DNA from: Balanoglossus misakiensis
Lineage: Eukaryota > Animalia > Hemichordata
Assembly: GCA_040954595.2 (NCBI GenBank)
Contig: CM082586.2
Span: forward strand, 6,851,337-6,915,336
Length of the DNA: 64,000 bases
Direction: 5' to 3'
This document shows, in pieces, positions 33,701 to 47,581 of this stretch (positions are counted from its first letter, which is position 1; every line of letters begins with the position of its first letter). A program made the translations under genes and the position numbers. The notes beneath the pieces are model-generated. The model was not told the DNA's origin and made no database searches. It saw nothing but the letters and a program-made list of their open reading frames with translations.

Positions 33701-36305
33701 AAATCAGATGTAGAGAGTTAGGCGCTGGTGACAGTTTTTGGCTATTCTGTTCTCTTGGCTTTGGCTGGTCTGTTTTCAGTCTTGGCTGTTCTTTGCATAG
33801 GCGCCACGTATGGGCCCCTTCTGAACAGAACAGCGAAGAATCAGCAAAAGCGGTGCCTAACGCTACTGATTTTAATCAGATTGGGTCTTGATAGGCTACC
33901 TCTATTCTTTCCTGATCATTAAAGCTTCACTGTCTCCAAAACGGCAGAAATTTCGAAAGTTGTCAGAAATATACCACAGGAATTAATTAACACAACAAAG
34001 AATCATTCTAGCACAGTCTCACAAATCATTTTTCCGAAAATCTGTCTCTGAGAGGCGTGCTATCTAAAAAAGAACTCACCTACTAAAGTGGACGACAATG
34101 CAGACGTCACACCAAACTGATTCTCCACGAATTTCGGCATAAAGTATGTAAATCCACCAACAAGCAGTCCCTCCGTGAACCCAGTGACAGTTATGCAAAC
34201 ATAGGTCGGGTTCTTGCAGAGCATCAGAAAGGCAGATGGGAAATCCCGAAACGACATTCCGAAACCGGGTTTTTTGGACAAGAGTTGAGAGTCAGAATTG
34301 TGAGTTTCCGACTCCTTTTCAGCTTTTATTTTCTTAACCCCTGTAAATTAAAAACATATGGTTAATGTTGGTTATTTCTTTAGGCAGAATAATATAGTAC
34401 TGCAAAACACTTTATTTTTGCGAGTTGAAATTTTCGCGATATCGAGAGGCCACTGTTTCGCGAGTATTAATTTTCACATTCTCTTATTTCATTCACTGCA
34501 TCATTATCTTCAAAAAAAATTTACGCGACTGATTATTTTCACACGATTTTGGCTCTCGCGTATTTCGCGAAAATTTATTGCTCGCGGAAATAAAGTGTTT
34601 TACAGTATTATGTACACATAATTTAGACAGAGAAGGTAAAAGCAACTGCTGAAAGTCTACAAACAATAACTGTACCTGGCAGTTCCCTGGGAAAACCGGA
34701 CATCGGAAGAGCGACACACCAAATGAGAATCATCCCAACAAAGAAACCAAGCCACCACGCGCCAACCCAGGCTGGATCTTGTGGAGTTATCGTCACGCTG
34801 GAAATAACCAGTAGAAGTGGAATCAAAGTCTGAACAGTACAAAGTTGATATCTTTTCACAAATGTATTTGGACTCAGATAGTTGTCCAAGATCTGGATGG
34901 ATTACTTGTGTTTCATGTAAACTGCTTAACATCATGAAAAAATAAATTAAATAATATAAGTCACTTGATTTACGCCTGTCGGTTTTTGGTAAACTGGGCA
35001 TTGTTGATAAACACACCCTGCTTTAAGTGATTAACACAAGTTTTTACCTGTCCGCTTCGAAAAAATCATGGTAAATGGTAAGGAAGGCTCCACCAAGCAG
35101 AAAACCACATGCTGGTCCAAGAACGGAGAAGAAGTATATGGTACCTGTAACGACAACAATAATTGCCACAAGTCAGTTAAAGAGAAATTTTGTATCTTTT
35201 TTTCTGGATATGTGTATATCTGTGTATATAAAATAAGAAATTATTGTTTGCATCCTGATAGCATAATGCAAATGCCCGTTATTTAGCTTATTAGTACAAC
35301 CTGGATATCATGAAGTTGCTGAAGTCACATTGGGAGCAATAACAGCAATATACATTGTAGTACAATTCAGATTTTAAAAGGACAAAGTCTCTCTCTCGCT
35401 GCCCTGTTTTCATTAATTATGTTTGATACATGACACACTTTATGTTATAAATGTGGATATATAGTGAACCAATGATCAACCACACACAACTTCCCATCCC
35501 ATTTGCAGACACGAGAGTGAAAAATTCGCCAAAATGAATTATTGGTTTTTACCATTTATTCATTTTGGTGAGGGCAACGAGAGAGAGACTTTGTCCCATT
35601 AAATGCACTCAACATACCTAAGTAAATGCCTGATTGTTTTGTTGTGACACTCTCATCCACAAACGATGGTCCGACGGTGTAAAACGGAGAAGCACCGACC
35701 CCAATTAGGAACTGAGCGAAGACGAAAACGTAAAAATAATTGGACAGTGTCGTCCACTCCTCTCCTTTGCAAGAGGCGGTGTCATTGGCCCCCGAGGAAC
35801 AGGTGCTGTCTCCGGGATCGACGCTTCCGTAGTCGTACGAGGGCGCCGTCACCTGCGGCAGCAGCCACACCAAGCAGCCGACGCCCAAGACGAGCCCGCC
35901 CGTGCCCAGGATCCTGGGCTTGTTCCCGTAGTCGCCGTAGTAACTGACGAGCAGCACGAAGAGGGCGACGGCCACGTCGTACGCCGCCACGATCAGTCCC
36001 GTCGACGTGCTGGTCAGCTCGAAGCGGTGCTCGATGGTGGTGAGAACGCTGGGCACGAACCCGCTGACGATCATCCCCTGGACGAATAAGTACGAGCTGA
36101 TGGCGGCGCAGAGCCACGGGGCCGAGTTGAAGACCTGCAGGAAGTTCCAGCGGAGCCCGAACCATCCCCACCGCCAGACGACCTCATCCTTCTCCTCCTC
36201 CGTCTCTTGCGACTTGGCCTCGCCGATTTGCAGCTGCTTATCCTTCACAATTGCCACCTCCACGCCGTTCTCAGATGTGGGTGACTCGGGCACATGTGGG
36301 TCCAT
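30711..36305 (-). CDS. SLCO4-like organic anion transporting polypeptide (gene B; 734 aa, 9 coding exons)
   Basis: Exons (minus) 36305-35618, 35144-35048, 34797-34676, 34340-34080, 33652-33454, 32887-32740, 32224-32034, 31554-31490, 31144-30711; total 2205 nt in frame. Motifs TIEHRFELTS, DPAWVGAWWLGF, MPKFVENQF, Kazal-like loop, RLFGTIPGPIIVGAVIDSSC. Confidence 0.92.
31700..32020. mobile_element. Harbinger-like MITE with tagggtaggt subrepeats
   Basis: taa|ggcaaaaaaataatatgtgctgttccgattac ... gtaatcggaacagctcattttttt...ggcc|taa. Confidence 0.75.
33046..33237 (-). mobile_element. TA-flanked MITE copy 2 (inverted relative to copies 1 and 3)
   Basis: Reverse complement of 30245-30452 with a small internal deletion; ta flanks. 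Confidence 0.88.
33695..33883 (+). mobile_element. Short interspersed repeat with inverted ends, copy 2
   Basis: gattgaaatcagatgtagagagttaggcgc ... gtgcctaacgctactgattttaatc; homologous to 5496-5648. Confidence 0.75.
34400..34605 (+). mobile_element. TA-flanked MITE copy 3
   Basis: Same sequence and orientation as 30245-30452; ta flanks. Confidence 0.88.
35378..35598. mobile_element. TTAA-flanked foldback element (Kolobok-like), internally deleted copy with both ends
   Basis: ttaa|aaggacaaagtctctctctcgctgccc ... gggcaacgagagagagactttgtccca|ttaa. Confidence 0.85.
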
Positions 36306-39300
36306 CTTGGAACTTTTTGATGTCTTAGAAATTCTGCAAAGTTGGAAGGAAGGAAAGAAAGAATGATTTAGCTGTTCCAGTTGCTATACAACATGTGCAA
36401 CAATGATATATACTGTGCCATGGTTTGTAGAAACAGGGACTGTTACAGATTAAAGGTCTGTTTAGTTTTCCTATGCAGGCTTGCACTCAGACAACTAAAA
36501 GGCAATTTAGTCCAAGATTTATGGAGTCAGCGTTTTCACAGTGCAGCACTTATATACCTGTACAACAATACTGCCCAGTATATACAGTACATGTAGTTTG
36601 CTCATGGTGAAAAAGCAAAACTCAGCCAACACGACACTATAAAAAATAAAAGAATGAACTGTATGTCCAGCTAAAACTTCTTCAGTGTCGTGTTTTATCT
36701 TCGCAATAAAAGATTTAGTCCTTCGCCTTAAAAAACTGAAGAGTGCTCACACGACCAGACTTTGCCCTAACTCTTGTGTAAATAGGATTTGTGTACAAAC
36801 AAGTCTCACACAGTTTTACAGCGCAATTAAGATTCAAGCAGCAACCTGAATTCAGATGCCAGCAGTAAATTCTCCTTGTAACACACCATTATTGCCCTAA
36901 TAAAACTCATTATGTGTTTTACTGTGTTTGCTCACTATTCCTGTCCAGGACTTTCTGGTGTAACACAGTGCCTATAGTGAACAGACACATTCAGACTCTC
37001 AAGGGCAGAAAAAAAAGAAATTTTTTTATACTTTCTAAACCACGTTGAATCACATACTCCTTGCAATGTTGAGTCACGTAACCGTTCTCCTTGCTAATTC
37101 TGTGTGCACCAAGCCAAAGCCTGGGAGGCTATTTTGGCATCACAGAGACATATAGAACCCACTGCCAGGGATTCTATATGGGTATATATGGAGAAAATCC
37201 AAAGGACAGATTCACTTTAGATATCAGATACTGTAGAATTAACATCACATGCTGACAGGTAGGGATGGGGATGAGAATATCGGTTGATCTAAGTGCTGAC
37301 CCAGTTTCTTGGCAAATTGGTGCCTCGACATAGGTCGCGGGGTACGAGTTCTAGATGATACTCATTCATCACTCATGTATGACCTGTTAGCCTTTTTTTA
37401 ACATTTATGGATGGCAAATATACCATCCACATTATTACAGCGATCAACAACCATGCTGAAAACCACAGCAGACTGTTGCCTTCCTTCACCAGTTGTTCAG
37501 CCATGGGCATTAAATCTGTTTAAAACTACAAAATTTACGGGTGATACTGTTGGTCGTACAAAGTATGACACTTTTTCAGTTCAGTATTCCCCAGAACAAG
37601 TCTAAAGCAAATGTTGATACTCTTGACATAGGTTTTTGTTCATTCACAGAATTTAAGCTCATAGCCCATTACGATACTGCTACATTCCACGTAACTCTAT
37701 ACGAGTGACAAGCTCAAAAAAGTTTCTCAGCATTCTTCGAAAGAATAACATCCCAAGAACATTTGGGCATGTTAAATCCACCTATACATACAGTTAGCTG
37801 TTTGCATGTACATGTATAGGTGCAGCTCAATTTCTACAAAAGCTTTCAACTTCTCTGCCATAAACAATAACTATGGTAGGAGTGGGAGTCTGTATTCCCC
37901 ACTGATTCACAACACCAATACAACCTTGCCAGACACTATCGACAAAGCTGTATGGAGTGCCTCTGACTTACCCGAACAGCTACGACACACTTACTGGAAG
38001 GAAGATGTTGGAACAAGTACAATGGAAAGCCAGGGTTGCTTGGCCTTAGCGGAAAAACATCCCATAAATAATCTAAAAATACTAAACACTCTTATATACT
38101 TATGATCAGTCGTAAATGCCAGAATTGTTATCTCAGATTTGTTGCAAGCTTGCAAAGATTTGAAAATTTATGATGTGTTCAACTGTCAAATGTGGGGCTA
38201 GCTTTTAATTATTTCTGGTAGGTAGCTGGTGGTATAATTCAATTTAAGATTTAATGCATTGAGGTATACAAGGAGTTTCAATTATTTTAAAGTGTTATTA
38301 ATATTATTGACAAGGGCTAAAATACAATTGTCCATAACATTCCTGGTTTAAGTATGCTACGACTATAATCATGTACAAGCTGAATTTGGACATGTCAATA
38401 TTCTTTAGACAGAAAGAAAAACGCAATATGCAAGCGCAGTACCTTGAAGGCAATACTAGGTCAAAGTTCATGATTACGTAATCATCATGCCAACTCGGCG
38501 ACACACCGTCAACGCCTCAGTAGGCGAGTATTTTTGCGTTAGCGACTGGCCGCGAGTATCCAATGCTGCAAGTCGGCAACAGGGAGTTTAAAAACTTTAA
38601 TTGATATCAATACAACACGAATGAGTGCGTTTAGCGACACCTCAGCTCAGGCATATGCGAAGACGTGGCCGACCCGCCTGCGCCCGTCCGTCCGGATCCG
38701 TCAGTCAGACCAAACGCGACCCTCATGTCACTCAGTATGACGCGTCTCTATGGCAATTACTCTAATGGTTCGGGGTCACAACATGCGCCCGACCTACCTA
38801 CCTTCAAGTTCCAGTTGGTCAAGTGTTCGTCAAAGAGCCATTTTTATATTTAAAATGGGAGTGGATCTTGGACGGTCGAACGTCTCCACTCCGCCGGACG
38901 CGTCGGTCAGGAAAGATGTGCGCAACGCGAGCACTTCCGGGTTTTGTGGCGAGTTGGGACGTCTCTACTGTGTTCGTAGGGGTGACCAGCTTGACTCACG
39001 GTGGGCAGATTCAGATCGGAAGACGTGAAAGAAGTCAATTTTGTTTTGTTTTGTTTTGTTTTGTGCAGCGATTACTACCATCCGTGACATATTCACCACA
39101 CACATATACGCACGCACACATGCACGACAGATATCGACAGAAATCTTTAAAATAAAATTATCTCCTGTTTGTGAACTTTGGAAGTGAACGGAGAACATTT
39201 AATTGCAGTTGTACAGAATATTAAAAATACTATTCTGATAAAAAGGTCAAAAGTTTCATATTTTTGAAGTCTCTAATATTAAGAAAACCATTAAGAATTT

Positions 39301-39480
39301 TAGTGTAGTAAGATTAATGGAATTTTCCCTCAAAGAGTTCTCTGTATAGCGTATTTGATACAATAAATGTATTTCCTTGGAACGTTTTTTAAAAACACAC
39401 AACATGTTGTTTTTCATCATGATGCGTATTGCACATTCGACTCGAAGTGGACTTCTGGTATTTGCCTTCAGTTTCTTCTC

Positions 39481-42400
39481 TCATAAATCGCCCCAAATTT
39501 CAGATTCAACCAAGACAGCTTGACTGTCTTCGCGCACGATAGTTTTCAAGTTTGTATCGCCGTTTGCGTTGACGCCGGCCACCGTCGTCTGCGATTGGGG
39601 TGTATATCCAATAAGTTGGACACCAGGTGGCGCCCTTGAGCTTTCCCCAGTCCCTCCTGTCATGTCGCGGAGTTCGTTCTCACTAACGCCGATGGTCTCC
39701 GCTTCTACCTCGTCGGGTGGTTTGTAGAAGACGTATGCCAAGACCATGCATATTATTCCAACGATGCTGAAGACGACACCAAGCATGGTGAGACGAAACG
39801 AGAACTCCAAAGGATCGTATACCCAGCATGCCCCTCTCTGTCCACATTCGTAATGCCATAGCACGCACGATTTATCAATGGCAGCACCGAATATGATTGG
39901 TCCAGGTACGCCGCCTAAAATCAGGAAAAAGGTGTATTTGTTGAGGGTCAAATACAGACCGTAATATGCACTACATATGTACACGAATGAAGACTATCTA
40001 GGCCTATGCCGTATGTCTGTCGGATGGTTCCATATACATGTATGTAGCCATCTCCGCCTGAGTGGAGAACCACGGTCGCCTGGGGGTTGTTACACGGGGA
40101 TTGTTTCTATGATTGTCATAGAAGCAATCGCTGAGTAACAACCTCCAAGCGACTGTGTAGAGAACTGTACTTACCAAGCAACTTTGCACATAACGAACCT
40201 ATGCCCATGGCGAATGGTCTTTGGTTCTCCGGGACGAGTCTGTAACAACATAATCCATTTTCAGTAAATCAAACAACACTTTCGATAAACAGACGTATGT
40301 GTTGGTTGTCACATGGCATTAATTTTAAAGATTGCCTGGCGGTGTCCAGGTACAATATGACGTTGATATCGCTGGTTTTGTGGTAGTGATGATGGTGTCA
40401 TGGTGGTACATGTACATGGTGGTGGTTTTGGTATATAGAAAGATCACATGCAGAGAAATTTGATTTTACCGCATTTCAATGGTGACGCCTGGTACGGTGC
40501 GACAAAATACAAAAACCATGACAACGAAGAGCAGAAACAGAAACACAGGTAGCTTCCAACTTTCACAATTTGTGTCGCACTTTTTGGCGTCAGCATAGCC
40601 TCTCTCGTCACGTGATAGCCAGGTCTCGTTCCACACACAGCGGCAGTCGTAATACCTCTAGAGAGAAAAAAAAGAAACATCATATTCTACTTTACTAAAA
40701 GTCAGCGAGATTTTCACATAGCTTTTCAAAGAGCGCCCTCTATCAACAACTGGATGAAGAAGGTGGAGTGATTCGTATGAGTAATATTATACAATTCAAA
40801 CATTCGAAATTGTCCCAAAGGAATTTCTGACCAATGCAGACGTTTTTTTATAATCTCTTATAGTTCTGGTTTGGTCATTTTTTGGCAATTCAGGCGGCCT
40901 ACCTCTTGATCTGCGTTGTATTGCAAGCAGCCGGCATAGCAGCTGTCGAAATACTGCAACTCGTTGGAGCCACACACGGGCGAATAGACTTCAGTGGAGC
41001 AGCCACAGTCTTCGTTACAAACTGCCGTCAGTTCGACCTCCGCGACGTCAGTGCTGTGTACAAACGATAATGGCATTAGTTGCGAAAGGGTCAACCACAG
41101 AAATCCCCTTTTTCTTTGAGGCATCATGTTTGCGAATATGTAGTCCCAATATCCACTGAGTTCCAATGTTTATCTGGCTATTACATACACATACAAAAAC
41201 CACGGGCTCGAGTAAGAGTTATCACTGGCCTTCAAGTTGGACTGAGAAAACACTTACCCGTTTGGTTCGTACGGCACAAAGACGCCCGCTAGCGGCTCCT
41301 CTGGACAGCGGATCATGAATATCAAAGCCAGGAGTGCAACGGCGACACTCATGACGATAATGAAAATCATCATCCCTCTCACTTTCATGTCAAATTTTTT
41401 GACGATCCAGCCACCTAAGAAGGACCCGCCCGCTGCACCCGGTACAAACGTTATTCCTATGGGAAACAGTGCACAGTAAGAGATAGTGAGACGGCGAACA
41501 GACATGCGTGCAGGCAGGCAGACACACAGACAGACATACGGACATCGACAGACAGACAACTAAAATTACGAAGATGACTATGACATTACAGTGCTCTGAA
41601 TTGCCATACGTCTATATGTTACTAGACCAGACTGACATACATGCATTGATATGTTAACATCTTTTGGTAAAATGCATTTTTGCAATAGTAAGGATTTTTG
41701 TGTAGACATGCCGTATCGGCACAAAACCATATCATACTTCATAGACATACCCAGCATGACAGCGGCTGCTCCTGACGTCTGGTTGAGCTGATTCTCAATG
41801 AACTTGGGCAAGAACGCTGCAAATCCAACCACGATCAACAGCGCGGAGCTCGCCGCCAGAATGGTGAAGATGTAGGCTGGGTTCTTGCACAGCAACCAGA
41901 ACGCCTTCGGGAAATCTCGGAAGCTTGTGCCGAAGTCTGGCTGTGCCGCTTGTATCTGAGATTTGGACTTGTGCACCTGACTTCGCTTTTCGTCTCGCAA
42001 CTCCGCCTGAACTGAAAACATTGGCAAAAAATGGCATTGTTTTCGAATGGTCTACAGTGTTTGGAATCATGGTATCCTAGCTGTTTGCTGTGACATGTTA
42101 CCATAAATTTTACTGTGCGTCCAACGCCGATTGGCAAATAAATATAGAAGTACTCTCCATACGTCTTTTTGCGTAATAACTACATGAACAGAGAATATTA
42201 ATTTAAATCACACGCCCTCGTGATGAGGGGACTAAGCGAAGAGTAAGGCTCCAACTCACTGGGCAATTCGCGCGGGAATCCTCCAAGCGGACCGGCTATC
42301 AACCAAGCAAGTAACCAACCAATCAGAAAGCCCAGCCACCATGCACCAACCCAGGCCGGATCTTCGGGAGTTATAGTAACGCTGTAACAAAATGTACGAA

Positions 42401-43839
42401 TCGTCAATGAGGTGTGTGCACGCACCTCGCTCACCCGTAAAAAACCTGTACAGTGTACGTGTCCCGTAACAAGTCATCCTGTTTACGTTGTAATATACAT
42501 GTACTATACAGTAAGTCAAGCGACACATGGATGGAAAATAGACATTTTTCTTCTTCAAACACTTACCTGTCCGCATAACGAATATCGGTGTAAATGGTTA
42601 GAAAGTAGCCACCTAGTATGAAACCCACGGCTGGACCTATACACGACATTGAGTACATGATACCTTCAGGAGAAAAGTAAAGTACAAATTTATGTGTGTT
42701 ACTGGTATAGGTATAAAAAGTCTTTCGGTGGAAACTGAGATTGTGTTAGAAAGGACGGAAAGAATAAAACACGATACTGAGAGGTGTAACTTTCTATGAG
42801 TGGGAAAATTGGCAGAGACAATCCTGAAGTGGTAATTTTACAATTTTGATGAACTGGCCAATAGAACGCTAACAGAAGACATTTTCAGAACAATTTTCAA
42901 AAGATTTTAAATTCTCCACGTATTTCAGTCCCCAAAGGTTTCGTATCTCTTGCGTTTTTTTTATAAAATGATGAATAAAGTGAATACCAGTCCTGTTAAT
43001 TGACACCCGATAAAATGTCTCACAAACTGAAGAGGTTACGCCATCTCGTAGAATTTATCACTGACGGTCTTCTAGATGGTGGGATTCTTGTGAAAAACTA
43101 ACTCACCCATGTATGTTGCCGAACTCTTCTCGGAGATATTTTCATCCATATAAACCGGGCTGACCGTGTAGACAGGCGTTCCCCCGACGCCGTGGAAGAA
43201 CTGGGCGATGAGAAAGACGATGAAATAATAGGACAGGTACGACGGCTCCCAGTCTTCGTCCAGGCAGGGGTCCGTCGCGTTCTCCGCGGGTTTGCAGAGA
43301 GTCTCCGACGCGTTGACGTCGCTGTACATGTACGGGTCCGAGGTGAAGTGGGGCAGCATGAATATGAACGAGCCGAGCCCCATGCCGAAGCAGCCGACGG
43401 CGAGGATGCGCGACTTGCTGCTGTAGTTGCTGTAGTAACAGACGAAGAGAACAAAGATGGCCGCCCAAATGTCGTAGGAGGCCACGATGACGCCCACCGC
43501 CGTGCTGGAGAGATTGAAGCGCTTCTCGATGGTGGACAAGCTGACGAACAGGAAGCCCCACATGACCATCGCCTGCACGAAATACAACGAACTGAGACAC
43601 GAACAGAGCCAGGGAGGGACATTGAAGACCTGTAACCAGTTCGGTCGGTAGCTGAACCATCCCCACCGAGTTAAGTTCTCGTCGCTGTCTGGTTTGATTT
43701 CTTTAGAATCGGAGACAGAAGCGCTGTCGTTCCCCTCAGCTACCGAATTTGATTTGTCGCTGGTAGCGTCGACGCTATCGGTGACCGGCCCATCGCTGTC
43801 CGTGTCGGGGGTTTTCGTTTCCAATTCGGCATCTTCCAT
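39481..43839 (-). CDS. SLCO4-like organic anion transporting polypeptide (gene C; 749 aa, 9 coding exons)
   Basis: Exons (minus) 43839-43107, 42663-42567, 42381-42260, 42011-41751, 41456-41258, 41053-40903, 40657-40470, 40239-40175, 39914-39481; total 2250 nt in frame. DPAWVGAWWLGFL, LPKFIENQ, YSPVCG...YFDSCYAGC, GGVPGPIIFGAAIDKSC. Confidence 0.92.
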
Positions 43840-45756
43840 GGTGAAGAGAGTTCTCTTGAAGTTTGTCTGCAAAAGAGAAAGTTTTTCGACGCAAAAGTCA
43901 TTTTCTCGTCACCTTTCAAAAAATAAATACTCATATAACTTTTTCCCCAAGAGTGTTTTTTTTAGATTGAAGACAAATTCTTCGGAAAAGATCTAAAAAC
44001 TTCAAATAATCGTACTTGTAGTTTCAGTTTGGTTATTGTGTGCCACCGGTATGGTCACGTGATCCCAAGCACGCGTATGTCCGTCGAAATCCTTGACCTA
44101 AGTTAGAAGTTCGTTGACCAAATCGGTAACTCTAAAATGTTCAAACTCCAAGATATAAACAAATTGTGGTCTCAAAAACAAAGTTAAGTTCCATTACCGC
44201 GCATTATAGCCGAGTGAGTTTGGTGGTTTTCAGTTAGATTCATATAGACGCTGTCTTGGTTTTGTAAATCTTAGTTTTGGGAGGAATGAGACCTTACCAG
44301 AAGAAACGTCAACACAGCGTTGTTTGATACATCAGACGACCGGCCGCTGAATGTTCAATACCTCGCTGTTATCAGTCGCGATGAGCTATGATAACATGCA
44401 GACGACATGACAGAGGGTTTTGGGGACTTCGAACTTTGCGTCTGATAAAATTTGCGTTGTGATTTCCAGAACAAAGACGAATTCTTATTGTAAAGCATTG
44501 CATGATGTCATACTGGTCAAAAGACTGGCCGAAAATCGGGTTTTGATTCGACAAAGTCGGATCAGGTCACAATGGGTATGATATCGGTCGCGTGATGAGA
44601 GTATTATCTGAATTCGCGAATGACCTACCAATTGAACATTGTCTCATGCAAACCTGTGATGGCGCCGTAAGTTTGAAGATGACAAACTTACTTCACATTG
44701 TCTTCCAGGGAAATCTGTCAGTGTTACCACACGCTCTGGTCTAAAAAGAATTAATTACAAGTATCGGAATTACCTGATCGGAACTGCTACTGCTGTTGGG
44801 GAGGCGTTGACGGCTGGAATGTTACGCACCCCTCCTACGTATACCTGAGTTACTCTCTAGGTTAACAGGGATTGGCTGTTCTGTCTGTTAAAATGAAGCC
44901 ACTGGTCCAATATTCGAAGGGGGCATAGGACGCCTGAACTATCCACGGAGACTGTGCGTGGTTGATACGACGGAGCTGCCATAAAACTATCAGAATTCCG
45001 CGCTCGCGTGGCAAGCTTCGACGCCGCTGAAGGAGGGCATTCAAAATAGGGTCATGTCATGATGTGCAGTGGTCTCGTAATGTTGGTTTTGATTGGTCAG
45101 TTGTGTTTGTCAATTCTCTTTTCAAACAGGTGTACCACATTGTTGCGGTAGCCAATAGGAATAAGCCTTCCAAGGCGATGTACATACATTGTCCCATTCA
45201 AAAGTTGGTGTTGCCCCGTAACATTACGTGGTTGCATGCATTGTCCTTAATTACCATGGTAATAACGGAAATAATCGTTCTGATTTTCCCTAATAATAAT
45301 GACATACACAAATCAGAGTGCATGAAATGGTATGTGAGATTTATTTATTGTCTATGGGTACGATAGCTCTATCCAACAATTATATATAGGAGTAAAATTG
45401 GTGCAATTGGGCAAATTTGTCAAATGTTGTGCTCTACTGACTTAAAACAAGAACGAAAATTTAGACTCAATGTTATGTTTGTAATGTAAACTTAGCAGAC
45501 TACAAAACAGTAGTATTAAAATGGTATTGGAAACACAATTGAGATGTATAAAGAAATTGGGAATCACTGGGCCTCAAAGACGAAATATTAATAATATTAT
45601 GAAATACATATGTATATGGGGTTAAGTGATGAGCCAGCAAATTTCTTTGTGCGTCAGAAATATATGAAGGGTTCTATCAAAAATCAAGCGGGGTGTTTCC
45701 TTCTGCATTGGGAAAAGCTTCTATATCGTGAGCAACGCCGGGAAGGAGGTGTTGTT

Positions 45757-47549
45757 CTATATAGCGTTGAGTTCGACTGGATCATTCTTGGTGTATCCTA
45801 GCAACGACACTTCGCTTTTCTCTCGGTGTAAAACGGCATCCAGCTGGTCCTGGGACATGGTCTTCGAGATCGTCTTCTCGGGTGACGTGTCGGTATCGTC
45901 GTCATCCTCTGGTGGCGGTTTGTAGAATATGTAGGCCATCACCAAGAAGAAGGTGGTCACCGCCATGAAGAACTCGCCAGTGACGAAAAACTTCATGCCG
46001 AACTGGAAATTGTCGTAGATCCAACAGGTACCGCGCGAGTCGCACGTGATCTGCCAGACGATGCACGAACTGTCGATTATGAGACCAAATATAATGGGCC
46101 CGGGAACGGAACCTGAAAACATGTAGGCATATAAATACATATTGTTTCCTCCACCGGAATGTCAAAGCATGTGTGATGTTGTAGATTGGGGCGCAAATCT
46201 ACAATATCACAATTTCGGGCAAGGCTGTTATTGGCTCAGGTTGTCCTGTCATCAAAGATATGGCGCCGAAAGACGACCACAGTGTGCTCAATATTCGGAG
46301 TCTGACGTTGATGGCGTGCTTGAGTGAGAAGTGGACTCCGCACATTGGCCACACGCATCAGATAATGAATAAGAGTATATCGCTGTGGAAACCGTGTCTT
46401 TCTCTTTTCAGTTTCTACGCAGGAGGGCATACTCACCCAGGAGTTTATTGAATATATTGGATACTCCCAGTGCGTACGATCGCTGGCTGTCAACAACGCC
46501 CCTGAAAAAGGAATATAGTAAAATATGTACACTAAGTCTTGCAACCGGTCTAATGGTACAGTCAACTCTCAGAAAGCCATATTAGCTTCACGAAATATTT
46601 GTACCAATCCACTTTACGAATACCAGTTCTTGTAATAACAGTGACAGGGTAGGAATTTACCTCAAAATTAGGTATTTATATGGCGTCAAAATTGTAAAAC
46701 CTAGCAACATCGTCACAAAGAGGAGAATGACAAAGACGATAAGCTGCCAACAGTCTACAGGACACTTTCCGGCCACTGCCTCCGGGATATCCGCCATTGA
46801 CGAATTCGTGAAGATACACGAACAGTTGTAGTAATTCTGAAAAAGAATAGAATGTGTCCTTGTGATTTTTTTTAATGGATAATATGGTATCAACATGAAA
46901 GGAAAACTATATGTTGGTTTAGGAAAAGGCTTTCTGTCAACTTTACTGGAAACTCCAGGTAGGAAGAATCTACATTAATAAAATGCTCAAATGTTAACGT
47001 GTCTTAGCCATCTGGTTAAAGGCCGGCGATCTTCTTATGCGCATGTGCGTAATTTCATTTGTACACACATTACATCCAGTCGAAATGTTCTGCAAATTTT
47101 GCGTCGCATTAAAATAGTCGACAGCCTTCGTTCCCTTCCATTTCATATCATACACACCGTATAGCATTTGAGCAATTTCTTGTGTGATACAACTAAAATC
47201 ATATGAGACGTTACCTCTTGATCGGGTGTACTTTTACAACCGGCATAGCAAGCATCGAAGTATACCAGGTCCGTGGTGCCGCAAAGGGGTGTGTACTGCA
47301 GTGCTTCTGCGCAGTGGCAGTCTGCGTTGCAAGGATGCGTCAAGTTTACTTCTTCCAGTCCAGTGCTGTTCGTTGTCACGGAGAGAGAAATCAGTCGAAT
47401 TATGATGTCATTAACAGTTAGAACACGGTGGCAGACAGACGGACGGACAGACAGAGAGACAATCAGACAGACACAGACACAGAGACAGAGAGGCACACAA
47501 ACAAACAAACAAACAAACAAACAAAAAAAACAAACAAACAAACAAACAA

Positions 47550-47581
<32 letters not shown>

